DNA from: a plasmid
Sequence record: NC_022046.1
DNA: 55,804 nucleotides
Reading direction: 5' to 3' (one strand)
The number at the start of each line of letters is the position of its first letter. Position 1 is the stretch's first letter. The notes below the pieces were generated by a model. It had not been told where the DNA came from. It ran no database searches and saw only the letters and a list, made by a program, of their open reading frames with translations. Position numbers and translations under genes: made by a program. Shown here in pieces: positions 37,231 through 46,448 of the stretch.

Positions 37231-38385
37231 TTAATGAGAACTCTTTGGCAAAGCAAGCTTAATAAACAAGGGCGACAAAATAGTCGTCATCACAATGATC
37301 GCAACGAATATAGAGTAATAGTCTTCACCTATGAAATGTAGCGATATCCCAATATTAAGTGTGACTAACGCCATTTCCCCTCTAGACATCATACCACTAC
37401 CAATCAAAAATGAATCCGGACGACTTAACTTACTTGCTCTAGCAGCAATATAACAACTTCCGAGTTTTGTAATAATCGCCAGCAATGTACCAAGTGCTAT
37501 CGGACCTACATTTCCCCAAATATCACTTAATGTGATCGCTGCTCCGATGGAAGTTAAAAATAGTGGAATGAAAATGGAATTGGCAATCAGATCGATTTCT
37601 TTCTCTACGCGCTGCTTGGTTCCAGAGATTGCCAACATTAATCCAAAAAAGAATGAACCCAAAACAGCACTTAATCCCATTAATTCTGCAAAGTATCCCC
37701 AAAAGAAGCAGATAATTAGTGTGATAGTAACTGGTAAAAAGGACCACGTCCATTTCTCCGTGTATCGTTTTATCCATGGTAATGCAAATTTATAGAATAA
37801 ATAAAGCATGATAAAGAAAAGTATTTTAGAAAGAAGCAAATCCCATAACATAAAAAAGATATTTGCAGTCGCTAACTGATCTACTGATTTATAAGCGCTT
37901 ATCAACAAGACCGCCAAAATATCATCAATAACCGCTGCGCCTAAAACAATGGCTGCCACTTTTGTTTGAAGTATATCGCTATCCATGAATATTTTTACAG
38001 TAATACTAACTGAAGTTGCCGAGAAAATAATTCCGACAAAAAATGACTCCATAGTCTCCATATGAAGATATTTTCCAAATAGTAAAAAAGCAACCAATGG
38101 AATTATAACACCAAATAAAGCAACAATAATGCTCGGCTTTAAATTGGCCTTCAATTTTTTAAAATCCGTTTCCATACCGGCAATAAACATCAGTAACAAT
38201 ACACCTATCTCGGAAAAGATATGTAAAAACTCCCCGGGTTGAACGATGTTTAACAAACTAGGACCTAATACTACACCTACTAATAACTCCCCAACTATTT
38301 TAGGTAAGCCCATTCGACTTGCCAATACCCCAAAAATTTGCGACACACCTAATACAAGAGCAATCGCTAAATAAATTTTTTCCAT
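37231..38385 (-). CDS. Cation:proton antiporter (CPA family, NhaP/KefB-type Na+/H+ exchanger).
   Basis: ~384 aa, 11-12 TM, N-terminal MEKIYLAIALVLGVSQIFGVLASRMGLPKIVGELLVGVVLGP typical of CPA exchangers. Start preferred at the ATG with SD AAGGAAGG spacing 10; the track ORF extends to 38466. Confidence 0.7.
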   Translation of the reverse strand: MEKIYLAIALVLGVSQIFGVLASRMGLPKIVGELLVGVVLGPSLLNIVQPGEFLHIFSEIGVLLLMFIAGMETDFKKLKANLKPSIIVALFGVIIPLVAFLLFGKYLHMETMESFFVGIIFSATSVSITVKIFMDSDILQTKVAAIVLGAAVIDDILAVLLISAYKSVDQLATANIFFMLWDLLLSKILFFIMLYLFYKFALPWIKRYTEKWTWSFLPVTITLIICFFWGYFAELMGLSAVLGSFFFGLMLAISGTKQRVEKEIDLIANSIFIPLFLTSIGAAITLSDIWGNVGPIALGTLLAIITKLGSCYIAARASKLSRPDSFLIGSGMMSRGEMALVTLNIGISLHFIGEDYYSIFVAIIVMTTILSPLFIKLALPKSSH

Positions 38386-38531
38386 ACCCTTCATTCCTTC
38401 CTTAAAACGAAAAAAGCCAATGCGTAAAGAACGTTTTCTCCCCCCAGAAAACAGAACTTGAAGCATAGGCTCAACCGATCGTCACTATTTGATTTTTCAT
38501 TTAACTATATTCCCTTTAAACCCTAACAAAT

Positions 38532-39770
38532 TTACTTTATTTTTGCAAGTTCTTCTTCAATCCGTAAAAATTGATTGTATTTCTCTACACGTTCTGACCG
38601 TGCAATTGAACCCGTTTTAATTTGCCCTGCATGCATAGCAACTGCAAAGTCCGCGATAAAGGTGTCCCCAGTCTCCCCTGAACGGTGGGAGATCATCGTT
38701 GCATAATTGTTTTTTCTAGCTAAATTTATCGTATCAATGGTTTCTGTTACTGTCCCGATTTGATTTAGCTTTATGAGGATCGCATTTCCAATCCCTTTAT
38801 CTATTCCTTGCTGAAAAATAATTGGATTTGTAACAAAAATGTCATCCCCAACCAATTGGACTTTATTTCCTAATTTCTCCGTCATTAATTTAAAGCCCTC
38901 CCAATCATGTTCAGACAATCCATCTTCAATCGAAATAATCGGAAACTCTTGTACGAGATGCTCGTAGTAGTGGATCATTTCTTCAGATGATAGTTGTTTC
39001 CCCTCAAAGTAATAAGTGTTATTTTCACTAAATTCACTTGCTGCCGGATCCATCGCAATCGCGATATCTTCTCCAGGCTTATATCCAGCTTTTTTTATGG
39101 CCTCTACCAATACTTCAAGAGCTTCTTCTGTAGAAGCGAGTCGTGGGGCAAATCCTCCCTCATCACCTACAGAGGTCGCCAATCCTCTTTTTGATAAAAG
39201 CTTTTTCAATGTATGGTAAACATCCGCAATGGATTCTAAGCCTTCTCGAAAAGAGAGCGCTGCAATGGGTGTGATTAAAAATTCTTGTACATCTATACCT
39301 GAATCTGCGTGCTTTCCGCCATTAATGACATTAAAAAATGGACGAGGAAGTTCTAAATCGATTCCACCCAGATAGCGATATAGGGGGACTGCTTCAGACT
39401 TTGCTGCAGCACGAGCTACAGCCATTGAAACACCTAAGATAGCATTAGCTCCTAGCCTGCTTTTATTCGCTGTTCCGTCTAATTCAATCATTTTATGATC
39501 AATTTCTCTTTGGTTAAATGGACTTATCCCTACTAAGGCATCATTTAATGTCAAATTTACATTCTGAACTGCGGTTTTCACGCCTAATCCCTGTAAACGA
39601 TCGCCCCCATCCCTAAGTTCCACTGCCTCTCGATCTCCAGTTGAAGCACCGGAAGGAACAGCTGCCCTTCCTATCGTTCCATCTGTTAAATGCACATCAA
39701 CTTCTACAGTAGGATTCCCTCGTGAGTCAAATATTTCCCTTCCTCGAACTTTACTAATTTTAATCCCCAT
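38532..39770 (-). CDS. eno: Enolase (phosphopyruvate hydratase).
   Basis: Start [26 protein letters not shown]... (RBS AAGGAG); enolase signature and Mg-binding residues; ~412 aa. Confidence 0.9.
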   Translation of the reverse strand: MGIKISKVRGREIFDSRGNPTVEVDVHLTDGTIGRAAVPSGASTGDREAVELRDGGDRLQGLGVKTAVQNVNLTLNDALVGISPFNQREIDHKMIELDGTANKSRLGANAILGVSMAVARAAAKSEAVPLYRYLGGIDLELPRPFFNVINGGKHADSGIDVQEFLITPIAALSFREGLESIADVYHTLKKLLSKRGLATSVGDEGGFAPRLASTEEALEVLVEAIKKAGYKPGEDIAIAMDPAASEFSENNTYYFEGKQLSSEEMIHYYEHLVQEFPIISIEDGLSEHDWEGFKLMTEKLGNKVQLVGDDIFVTNPIIFQQGIDKGIGNAILIKLNQIGTVTETIDTINLARKNNYATMISHRSGETGDTFIADFAVAMHAGQIKTGSIARSERVEKYNQFLRIEEELAKIK

Positions 39771-39791
39771 ACTAACCACTCCTTCAATCAA

Positions 39792-40154
39792 TTAAATATG
39801 ATTTCCTATATATAAACCTGCAAAAGCCATTAATAAGCCAATGCAGTATGATAGGCTCAAATATGTCAAAAATAAGAAATGCTTTTTTCGCAAGAGTAAA
39901 TCGACACTTTCGGATTTAAGCGTTGAAAATGTCGTGAATCCACCCATAAAACCAGTTCCTAAAAGCAGTGTCCAAATTACCGACAAATCGGAACCGATAA
40001 TAATCCCTAATAAAAAAGCACCCGTCATGTTGATTAAATACGTTCCCCAAGGAAATTGACTCTGTCCATTTTTTTTCATCCAGTTAGAGAATAAGTATCG
40101 TGCTAATGAACCAAAGACAGCGCCCACTCCTACTACTACACCTTGCAAAATCAA
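39792..40154 (-). CDS. crcB: Fluoride channel CrcB/FluC homolog (second of pair).
   Basis: 120 aa, 4 TM, GTGFMGGFTTFSTL motif. Confidence 0.85.
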   Translation of the reverse strand: MILQGVVVGVGAVFGSLARYLFSNWMKKNGQSQFPWGTYLINMTGAFLLGIIIGSDLSVIWTLLLGTGFMGGFTTFSTLKSESVDLLLRKKHFLFLTYLSLSYCIGLLMAFAGLYIGNHI

Positions 40155-40537
40155 TACCTCTCACTTCCTAACTTGAAGACATTGTTCCCAGCCCAATAGC
40201 CTAAACGTGCTGCAAGCAAGCCACCAAACAAGCTAACAGTGAGATAGATGATAAAATATTGGATATTCCCTTCTTGAAGGAAATGAATACTCTCAATTGT
40301 AAAAGTTGAGAAGGTGGTATAGGAGCCGACAAAACCAGTACCTAATCCAGTAATAAGATCTTTTGAGAAGAAAGAAAAATTAGCTATCCCTTGTACAATG
40401 AATGCTAATAAAAAGCATCCAGAAAGATTGATTGCTAATGTAGTGAATGGAAACCCCTGTGCGGTAAACAAACTGCTAATAATCCATCTAGTCATTCCTC
40501 CCAAGAAAGAAAAGACTATCAAATAAACAAACTTCAT
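40151..40537 (-). CDS. crcB: Fluoride channel CrcB/FluC homolog (first of pair).
   Basis: 128 aa, 4 TM, GTGFVGSYTTFSTF motif; overlaps the downstream crcB (heterodimer pair arrangement). Confidence 0.85.
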   Translation of the reverse strand: MKFVYLIVFSFLGGMTRWIISSLFTAQGFPFTTLAINLSGCFLLAFIVQGIANFSFFSKDLITGLGTGFVGSYTTFSTFTIESIHFLQEGNIQYFIIYLTVSLFGGLLAARLGYWAGNNVFKLGSERY

Positions 40538-40548
40538 TAAAATCCATC

Positions 40549-41184
40549 CTATCTATTTATAACTACATCTACGGGAGCGGTGAAAACAATGCCTTCTTCA
40601 AGAACACTTTTAATATCATCCACTAACTCCTTGACGTTCTCTTTAGACACTAAGCATTCTAGAACAATTGGCGTATTTTTACTTGTTGAAAACAAATTTT
40701 GGCTATGAATAACGTGATCCTTGCCAAAACCTGTAATCCCTTTTGTGACCGTAGTCCAAATCACATGTTTTTCTTGTAAATAACTCAACACTTTCTCATA
40801 ATCTTCAGGAGCGAACCAATTATTATTTTCTTTGGTAAAAATTTTCATTACATAATAGTTACTTTGTTCCACATTTTCTCCCTCCCATCCATTGATGACA
40901 CTGACTTGCCCCACAACAATTTTCCTTTTCAGACTTTTATTGATCTCCTTCGAAAGGCTTTCTGGAACAACGGTTTCAATAATGAGAGGTAAATCATTAA
41001 ATGGTTCATCCTCCAAAATAGCTATCTTCCTCTTATTATTAGTGTTAATTCCCATTTCACTTTTCCTTGTCGTCACTCCTGATACCCCAAGTTTCCACAG
41101 TAGTTCCATAACAGTCTTTTCAATAGTGTGATGATGTTCATCTTGAGCTTCTTCATCAATAACGACTCGTATCAATTTATCCAT
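40549..41184 (-). CDS. DUF190-like (PII-like fold) protein, first gene of the fluoride operon.
   Basis: 211 aa, about two tandem ~100-aa repeats; genomic context with crcB and a fluoride riboswitch is typical for DUF190. Confidence 0.55.
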   Translation of the reverse strand: MDKLIRVVIDEEAQDEHHHTIEKTVMELLWKLGVSGVTTRKSEMGINTNNKRKIAILEDEPFNDLPLIIETVVPESLSKEINKSLKRKIVVGQVSVINGWEGENVEQSNYYVMKIFTKENNNWFAPEDYEKVLSYLQEKHVIWTTVTKGITGFGKDHVIHSQNLFSTSKNTPIVLECLVSKENVKELVDDIKSVLEEGIVFTAPVDVVINR

Positions 41185-41198
41185 GTTTTCTCCTCCAC

Positions 41199-41295
41199 AA
41201 AAAAATGACTCCTACTTGAACAAACGTACCACCATACGTTTTCAAGTAGGAGTCATCAGCTTTTAAGCATTTAATGGCGAACTCCATCGCCTATT
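41199..41295 (-). ncRNA. Fluoride riboswitch (crcB RNA motif) with intrinsic-terminator expression platform.
   Basis: Minus-strand sequence AATAGGCGATGGAGTTCGCCATTAAATGCTTAAAAGCTGATGACTCCTAC matches the conserved fluoride aptamer. The terminator stem GACTCCTACTTGAA...TTCAAGTAGGAGTC + T7 shares the CCTAC 3' strand. RBS GGAGGAG and ATG (41184) follow. Confidence 0.8.
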
Positions 41296-41562
41296 GATTG
41301 ATAACATTATATATCTCTTATTCATATTTGTAAAGATTCTGAGAAGACTATAGACAAAACAAATGGCTTTTCCTTAATAAAATCAGCCCTATCAATATTT
41401 TTCATTGTATTCTGGCTAATATCAACTCAAACCCTGTTCAAATTTACTTTCAGTATTATTTTCACGGTTTAATACTCCTAGACCTATAATTATTCTTTCT
41501 TTACTCATAAGCCTCCCCCTGTAAAAATTTCAATTTGTTGAACTCTATAATCCAACTTATCA

Positions 41563-41633
41563 AAGGACGTATTAAAATGTTGGTTTTGAGCCACTGAAAA
41601 TGTATAAAAAAACATTAAAAGTTTTTACGATGT
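41563..41633. repeat. Degenerate relic of an IS21-family terminal region.
   Basis: TATTAAAATGTTGGTTTTGAGCCACTGAAAATGTA...TTTTTACGAT aligns with the IS21 copy-1 end (24223-24290) at ~85% identity, then diverges. Confidence 0.5.
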
Positions 41634-41682
41634 CAGTGTCAGCTCTTTACTCTCACATAATAGATGACTCATTCGTCAGTAT

Positions 41683-41720
41683 AAAAAAAGTCTAGAAATT
41701 ATAATTTCTAGACTTTTTTA
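41683..41720. terminator. Bidirectional intrinsic terminator.
   Basis: Perfect hairpin AAGTCTAGAAATT-ATAA-TTTCTAGACTT flanked by A7 and T6. Confidence 0.6.
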
Positions 41721-42185
41721 TGCCACTACTAGAATACGGTTTTTTTCGCCTGAAATACTTTTCTTTTAATCTATAATGTAGTATAGAAAGTAAAATCTAG
41801 AATATCTAAAGTTGTAGACAAAAGGAATTTCCTACATTTGAAATAATAGTAGATTACGTTGATTGATTAGAATAGCTCTAGTGTATATATGGAGGCGTTT
41901 TCGTGATATAATTAGCACAAGAAAGTACTTCTTTTAAAGGATTGTATAGTAATTTTGATTATCCTAATATAAAGTTTTTTTAAACAGTAGTAGAGTAAAA
42001 TGAGGAAATTTTGAATATACTCTAAGGGAGATGTTTGCTTTGGAAAAATGTGAAATATATATAGAAAGCGACTACATAATAAGTTTTTCCGATAATGAAG
42101 TGGAAATTAGTGGCGAAACGGTATCAGACGATGAGAAAAAGGATAATGAGACATGGGAAGCCGTTGCAACTCGATTAAGAAAAGT

Positions 42186-42992
42186 GGTTCTGTTGCAAAG
42201 TTTTATTTAACTGATTATTTAGTGTAGAATGGAAGAAACTACACGAGGAGAATAACAATGTCCCATTTTAAAGGTAAACAATTCAAACAGGATATCATCA
42301 TGGTAGCCGTGGGCTACTACTTAAGATACAATTTGAGCTATCGTGATGTTTCAGAAATCCTTAATGAGCGTGGAATCAAGGTTTGTCACACAACTGTTTA
42401 TCGATGGGTACAAGAATATGGTTCGATTATTTATTGCCTATGGAAGAAAAGAAATAAGTCTGCTAGCGATTCTTGGAGAATGGATGAAACATATATTAAA
42501 GTAAAAGGAAAATGGCATTATTTGTATCGTGCCATCGATTCTACAGGTTTGACATTAGATATTTGGTTTCGAAAGAATCGGGATAAACAGGCGGCCTATG
42601 CTTTCTTTAAACGATTAATCAAGCAATTTGGAGAACCTAGAGTTTTTGTAACGGACAAAGCTCCTTCGCTAAGCAGTGCGTTCAATCGACTTAAATCTGA
42701 AGGTTTATTTTCTAACACTGAACATCGAACGAGTAAATATTTGAATAATATCATTGAACAAGATCATAGGCCTATCAAGAAAAGGCACAAATTATATCAG
42801 TCCATAAGGACTGCCTCATCCACAATCAAAGGAATTGAAACTATACATGCTTTATACAAAACTAGCCAAAGAGACTTTTCTCTCTTTGGCTTTTCAGTGA
42901 TTCATGAAATAAATAATCTAATGGGTGTTCCAGCTTAAAATTAGAAAATAGTTGAGATATCATTTTACTTCTTTGAACTTTGCAACAGAACC
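42186..42992 (+). mobile_element. IS6-family insertion sequence, copy B, 807 bp, inverted relative to copy A.
   Basis: Terminal inverted repeat GGTTCTGTTGCAAAGTT at 42186-42202, rc at 42976-42992. The transposase differs by one residue (L to F) from copy A. Confidence 0.85.
42258..42938 (+). CDS. tnp: IS6 family transposase.
   Basis: 226 aa, identical to 3767..4447 except one substitution. Confidence 0.9.
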   Translation: MSHFKGKQFKQDIIMVAVGYYLRYNLSYRDVSEILNERGIKVCHTTVYRWVQEYGSIIYCLWKKRNKSASDSWRMDETYIKVKGKWHYLYRAIDSTGLTLDIWFRKNRDKQAAYAFFKRLIKQFGEPRVFVTDKAPSLSSAFNRLKSEGLFSNTEHRTSKYLNNIIEQDHRPIKKRHKLYQSIRTASSTIKGIETIHALYKTSQRDFSLFGFSVIHEINNLMGVPA

Positions 42993-43200
42993 AGAGAATC
43001 CATTAATTTATTAGTATGACTAATAAATAATACAAATCCTACATTTACATTGATTACAGAATGGAGCCGAACTAGACTTTTAATAAGAAAAGTCATAGAT
43101 ATCAGGCCAAAGTAACTACTATCGTTATAATTGATTATATTAGGAATGTTGCATGTAGCACGTTTTATTAGAGATGACTAGGTTATAAAAATATTAATAA

Positions 43201-44499
43201 TTGATATTAATAGGGATGGTGGTTATCATTACAGTGGATAATACTTATTTAACAGATGTATTTAATCAATACAAAACACGCGAAAATTTACTTTATCAAA
43301 CTTGGTTTATAAAAAGTGAAAAACGCTTGAGAGCGTTTAAAAGAGTTAGAAAATATGTACAACTATTTATCAAACATGTCAATAACGGAACCTTTCCAAC
43401 AGACTTTAAAAATTCAGCATTAGAGGACATAATGGATGTAATTGCAGAACAAACAGAAATTTTTAAAGGAGCCAAACATGCATTTATGTGGAAACCTAAA
43501 TTGAGAATTCCAGATATTTATGAAAATAGGGAAAATCAGTTAGCTTTTTCACATTGTCTTGATCAAATTCTTAAAGCTAATCAAGAAATAAAAATGTTAT
43601 TAGCTGTAAATATTCTAACAGAAAAGAAAATCAGAGGGCTTGGTCCCGCTGTCGCAAACATTTTATATTTTCTTGAACCCACCATTTTTCCTCCTTTTAA
43701 CACAGCTATTGTCAATGGATATAATTATCTAACGGGTTCAAAAATTCGCTTAGGTAAATGGGAAGACTATTTTAAACTTCGTGATGGTATGATTGAGCTC
43801 AACTGCAGAGGAGGACAATTTTCGAAAGATTTGGGTGCTATTTCAGCTTTTTTATTTGATATTGGTAAACTAAACTATATTGTTCGCGAAAATGAAGAGG
43901 AGTATATCAGAATTTCAGAAAGTAACACTCAGAAATTAATAAAAAAGAAGCTGGAAAAAGAAGATTCCAAAAATGTACACCAAAAAATCCAATATATCTT
44001 AGCTACTTTAGGTAATGAGATAGGTTATCATGCGTGGATTGCCTCAAATGATCATAATAGAATGGTAGATGGGAATCGCTTAGGAGATGTTTCTTTACCT
44101 CTGTTACCGGAAAAAATCTATCAATTACCAATTTCGTTAAGTAGGACAATTGGTTTGATTGATGTTATTTGGTTTTCAAAAAATGGGGAACCGGTGTGTG
44201 CTTTTGAGGTTGAAAAGTCGACATCAATAATTTCTGGGATGAATCGAATGGATGATTTGTATTCGATTCATCAAGAAAATTTGATGATGTATATCGTATC
44301 ACCAAATCAACGTGAAGAGGAAATACGAGCACAATTTAATAGACCACATTATATGCGTAATCAAAATTTGCATGATCACTTACGATACATTCTGTTTACA
44401 GATTTGGAGAAACATGCTAATTTTATGAAGAAATTTGGCAAAGATTTTACAATTTTAGCCCCGATATCTCATTATCCAAGTGGTGAACTAGTTCGGTAG
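43201..44499 (+). CDS. Solitary PD-(D/E)xK-like nuclease candidate (orphan restriction/defence-type protein).
   Basis: 432 aa. C-terminal LIDVIWFSKNGEPVCAFEVEKS fits the D...(D/E)xK nuclease core. Conserved-looking GLGPAVANILYFLEP block mid-protein. No methyltransferase gene nearby. Start is TTG (43201) or ATG (43216), both with weak RBS. Confidence 0.45.
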   Translation: MILIGMVVIITVDNTYLTDVFNQYKTRENLLYQTWFIKSEKRLRAFKRVRKYVQLFIKHVNNGTFPTDFKNSALEDIMDVIAEQTEIFKGAKHAFMWKPKLRIPDIYENRENQLAFSHCLDQILKANQEIKMLLAVNILTEKKIRGLGPAVANILYFLEPTIFPPFNTAIVNGYNYLTGSKIRLGKWEDYFKLRDGMIELNCRGGQFSKDLGAISAFLFDIGKLNYIVRENEEEYIRISESNTQKLIKKKLEKEDSKNVHQKIQYILATLGNEIGYHAWIASNDHNRMVDGNRLGDVSLPLLPEKIYQLPISLSRTIGLIDVIWFSKNGEPVCAFEVEKSTSIISGMNRMDDLYSIHQENLMMYIVSPNQREEEIRAQFNRPHYMRNQNLHDHLRYILFTDLEKHANFMKKFGKDFTILAPISHYPSGELVR

Positions 44500-45063
44500 T
44501 TATTCTGGACAAAGAAGTTAAAATTAATACGTTTAATTATAGTATAAATAAGCATTTTGGCAGAATTAGAAATCAATCTTTCTTTTTTTTACACGTAGTC
44601 CCCACATTTATAATGGCGCTCATTGCTATTGAATGTCCTGATAACATCAAGAAGAAAATCATCACATTAATGCTGCCCATGCTTCCATTTTAGTAACTTT
44701 TCGTTGAAGAAAATTGCGGATAGAGTGATTACTATCCATTCATAACCTAGAAATGTTATCTAAAAAGCTATTTTCCTTATATTCATCGGAGATAATGGTT
44801 TTATTTGCACTTAAAAAAGAAACAATAAATCTTACTTCTAGAATTCCTTGGTGTATGGAGTAGTCCATACACCAAGGAATGTTATGGACTCCTGGTGGAA
44901 TGCATCGAGTGGATGGAATGATATGGATCATTTTCTTTGGTGTCAGAAATACATAAAGAAAGGTTATAAACCACGCATGCCTTATTCGTTTTATAAAGAG
45001 TAAAGTTAGACTAAATATTTTGATAGAACCATTTCTATTCTGAACCATGAATTTAGTGAATTT

Positions 45064-45095
45064 TAAAGGAGTGTGAAATATAAATCACACTCCTT
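45064..45095. terminator. Hairpin downstream of the small-protein/lgt operon.
   Basis: AAAGGAGTGTGA-AATATAAA-TCACACTCCTTT, immediately after the stop at 45100. Confidence 0.45.
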
Positions 45096-45099
45096 TAAC

Positions 45100-45285
45100 T
45101 TATTTTAACCGTGATTTCAAATCGCTTAGTTCACTACTTAAGATATCATTTTGCTCTTTTAAATTTTCAAGATCCTGTTTCAATTGTTCGTCATCTTTTT
45201 CATTATGCGATCCTGAGTGCATACCCCTCATCATAAATATCATCATTATCGGACATAATAAAAGTAATAACCACTGCATTGTCAT
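45100..45285 (-). CDS. Small membrane protein with coiled-coil tail (paralog of 45282..45506).
   Basis: 61 aa; LLLLLCPIMMIFMM TM then charged helix; overlaps the upstream gene stop (ATGA). Confidence 0.4.
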   Translation of the reverse strand: MTMQWLLLLLCPIMMIFMMRGMHSGSHNEKDDEQLKQDLENLKEQNDILSSELSDLKSRLK

Positions 45286-45506
45286 CGCTCCTTAACTAAG
45301 TTCTTTAGAGTAGCAACTTCTTCTTTTAATTGCTCAGTTTGGATTTTTAAACTTGCTATATCATTTTCGGAACCAGTGTGTTTTGAATGATCTTCTCCAT
45401 GCATATGATGATGCCCAGCATGTCCGTGCCCTTTATGCATAAACATCATTGAGATAGGACAAATTAGTAGTAATAGTAGTGGTAAGAGATTAAGTAATGC
45501 TTCCAT
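45282..45506 (-). CDS. Small His-rich membrane protein (candidate metal-binding), coupled to lgt.
   Basis: 74 aa; TM LLPLLLLLICPISMMFM followed by HKGHGHAGHHHMHGEDHSKH, then a coiled coil; overlaps the lgt 3' end. Confidence 0.4.
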   Translation of the reverse strand: MEALLNLLPLLLLLICPISMMFMHKGHGHAGHHHMHGEDHSKHTGSENDIASLKIQTEQLKEEVATLKNLVKER

Positions 45507-46293
45507 GTAAATCTTCCTCCTTAGATTTTTTGAGATAGATGTAAGTTAATATAGAGCCAATTAATAGGACTATGGACAGGACTTGAGCCATTCTCAAGTT
45601 TGCTGTTAGCATTAAACTGTCGGTCCGTAATCCTTCAATCCAGAATCTCCCGACGGAATATAGTGAAAGATAAATTAAAAATATTTGCCCAAAGAACATT
45701 CTATTTCTAGACACCAGAAGCAAAATAATGAGTACTCCTATATTCCATAAAGACTCATATAAAAAAGTCGGATGATGGTAGGCCCCATCAATATACATTT
45801 GATCAATTATGAAAGATGGGAGTTTCAGAGATTGCAGGAACTCTATGTCTACAATTTCTCCATAGGCCTCTTGATTCATAAAATTTCCCCATCGTCCAAT
45901 GATTTGTCCAATTACTATACTGGGAGCAACTACGTCAGCAACATTCCAAAAAGAAAGATTTTTCTTCTTGCAATAAATAACCCCTGTCAATACAGCACCA
46001 ATTAATCCACCATGTATTGCTAGACCACCTTCCCAAATTTTTAAGATACTTAAAGGATCATCAATGTACAAAGGTAATTCAAAAAGTACATAGTATAATC
46101 TGGCCGATATAATAGAAACTGGCAATCCATATAACAACAGATCAACAATTGTATCCTCAGGCAATGCCGCACGCTTTGCTCTTCTATTAGCAACAAAATA
46201 TCCGATTATGATCCCAAACACTATGAAAATGGCATACCAATAAATAGTAAATGGACCAAACGAAATAAATACTCTGTCGTAGGGTTCTCTCAA
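45490..46293 (-). CDS. lgt: Prolipoprotein diacylglyceryl transferase (accessory, plasmid-borne copy).
   Basis: 267 aa; Lgt signature (FGPFTIYWYAIFIV..., GRWGNFMNQE, H..G.P.H), 7 TM. Confidence 0.85.
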   Translation of the reverse strand: MREPYDRVFISFGPFTIYWYAIFIVFGIIIGYFVANRRAKRAALPEDTIVDLLLYGLPVSIISARLYYVLFELPLYIDDPLSILKIWEGGLAIHGGLIGAVLTGVIYCKKKNLSFWNVADVVAPSIVIGQIIGRWGNFMNQEAYGEIVDIEFLQSLKLPSFIIDQMYIDGAYHHPTFLYESLWNIGVLIILLLVSRNRMFFGQIFLIYLSLYSVGRFWIEGLRTDSLMLTANLRMAQVLSIVLLIGSILTYIYLKKSKEEDLHGSIT

Positions 46294-46448
46294 ATTCTTC
46301 CCTCCTTCCTAATGAACTTGTTTTGACTATAGCAGGCTATTATGGAAATTTTATGTAGACTTTTTGACAGATACATTGGTACACATTTTCTACACAAGTT
46401 TTTTTATCATTATATTAAAAGGAGTGATCTAATATAAATATTAATTTA

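Noticed and set aside
38386-38531. Second fluoride riboswitch upstream of the antiporter, and the N-terminal extension of the antiporter ORF (MLQVLFSGGRKRSLRIGFFRFKEG).
   Set aside because: There is no GGCGATGG..TTCGCC aptamer core in this spacer. The extension has no RBS, while an internal ATG with SD AAGGAAGG fits TM1 topology.
41425-41510. 28-codon minus-strand micro-ORF (MSKERIIIGLGVLNRENNTESKFEQGLS) with a GGGGGAGG SD, upstream of the fluoride riboswitch.
   Set aside because: It is too short and has no supporting feature. The SD spacing is only 3 nt, so it is probably fortuitous.
44740-45048. 102-aa minus-strand ORF.
   Set aside because: No RBS and a low-complexity hydrophobic/aromatic sequence. 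The region is better explained as non-coding spacer with a hairpin.
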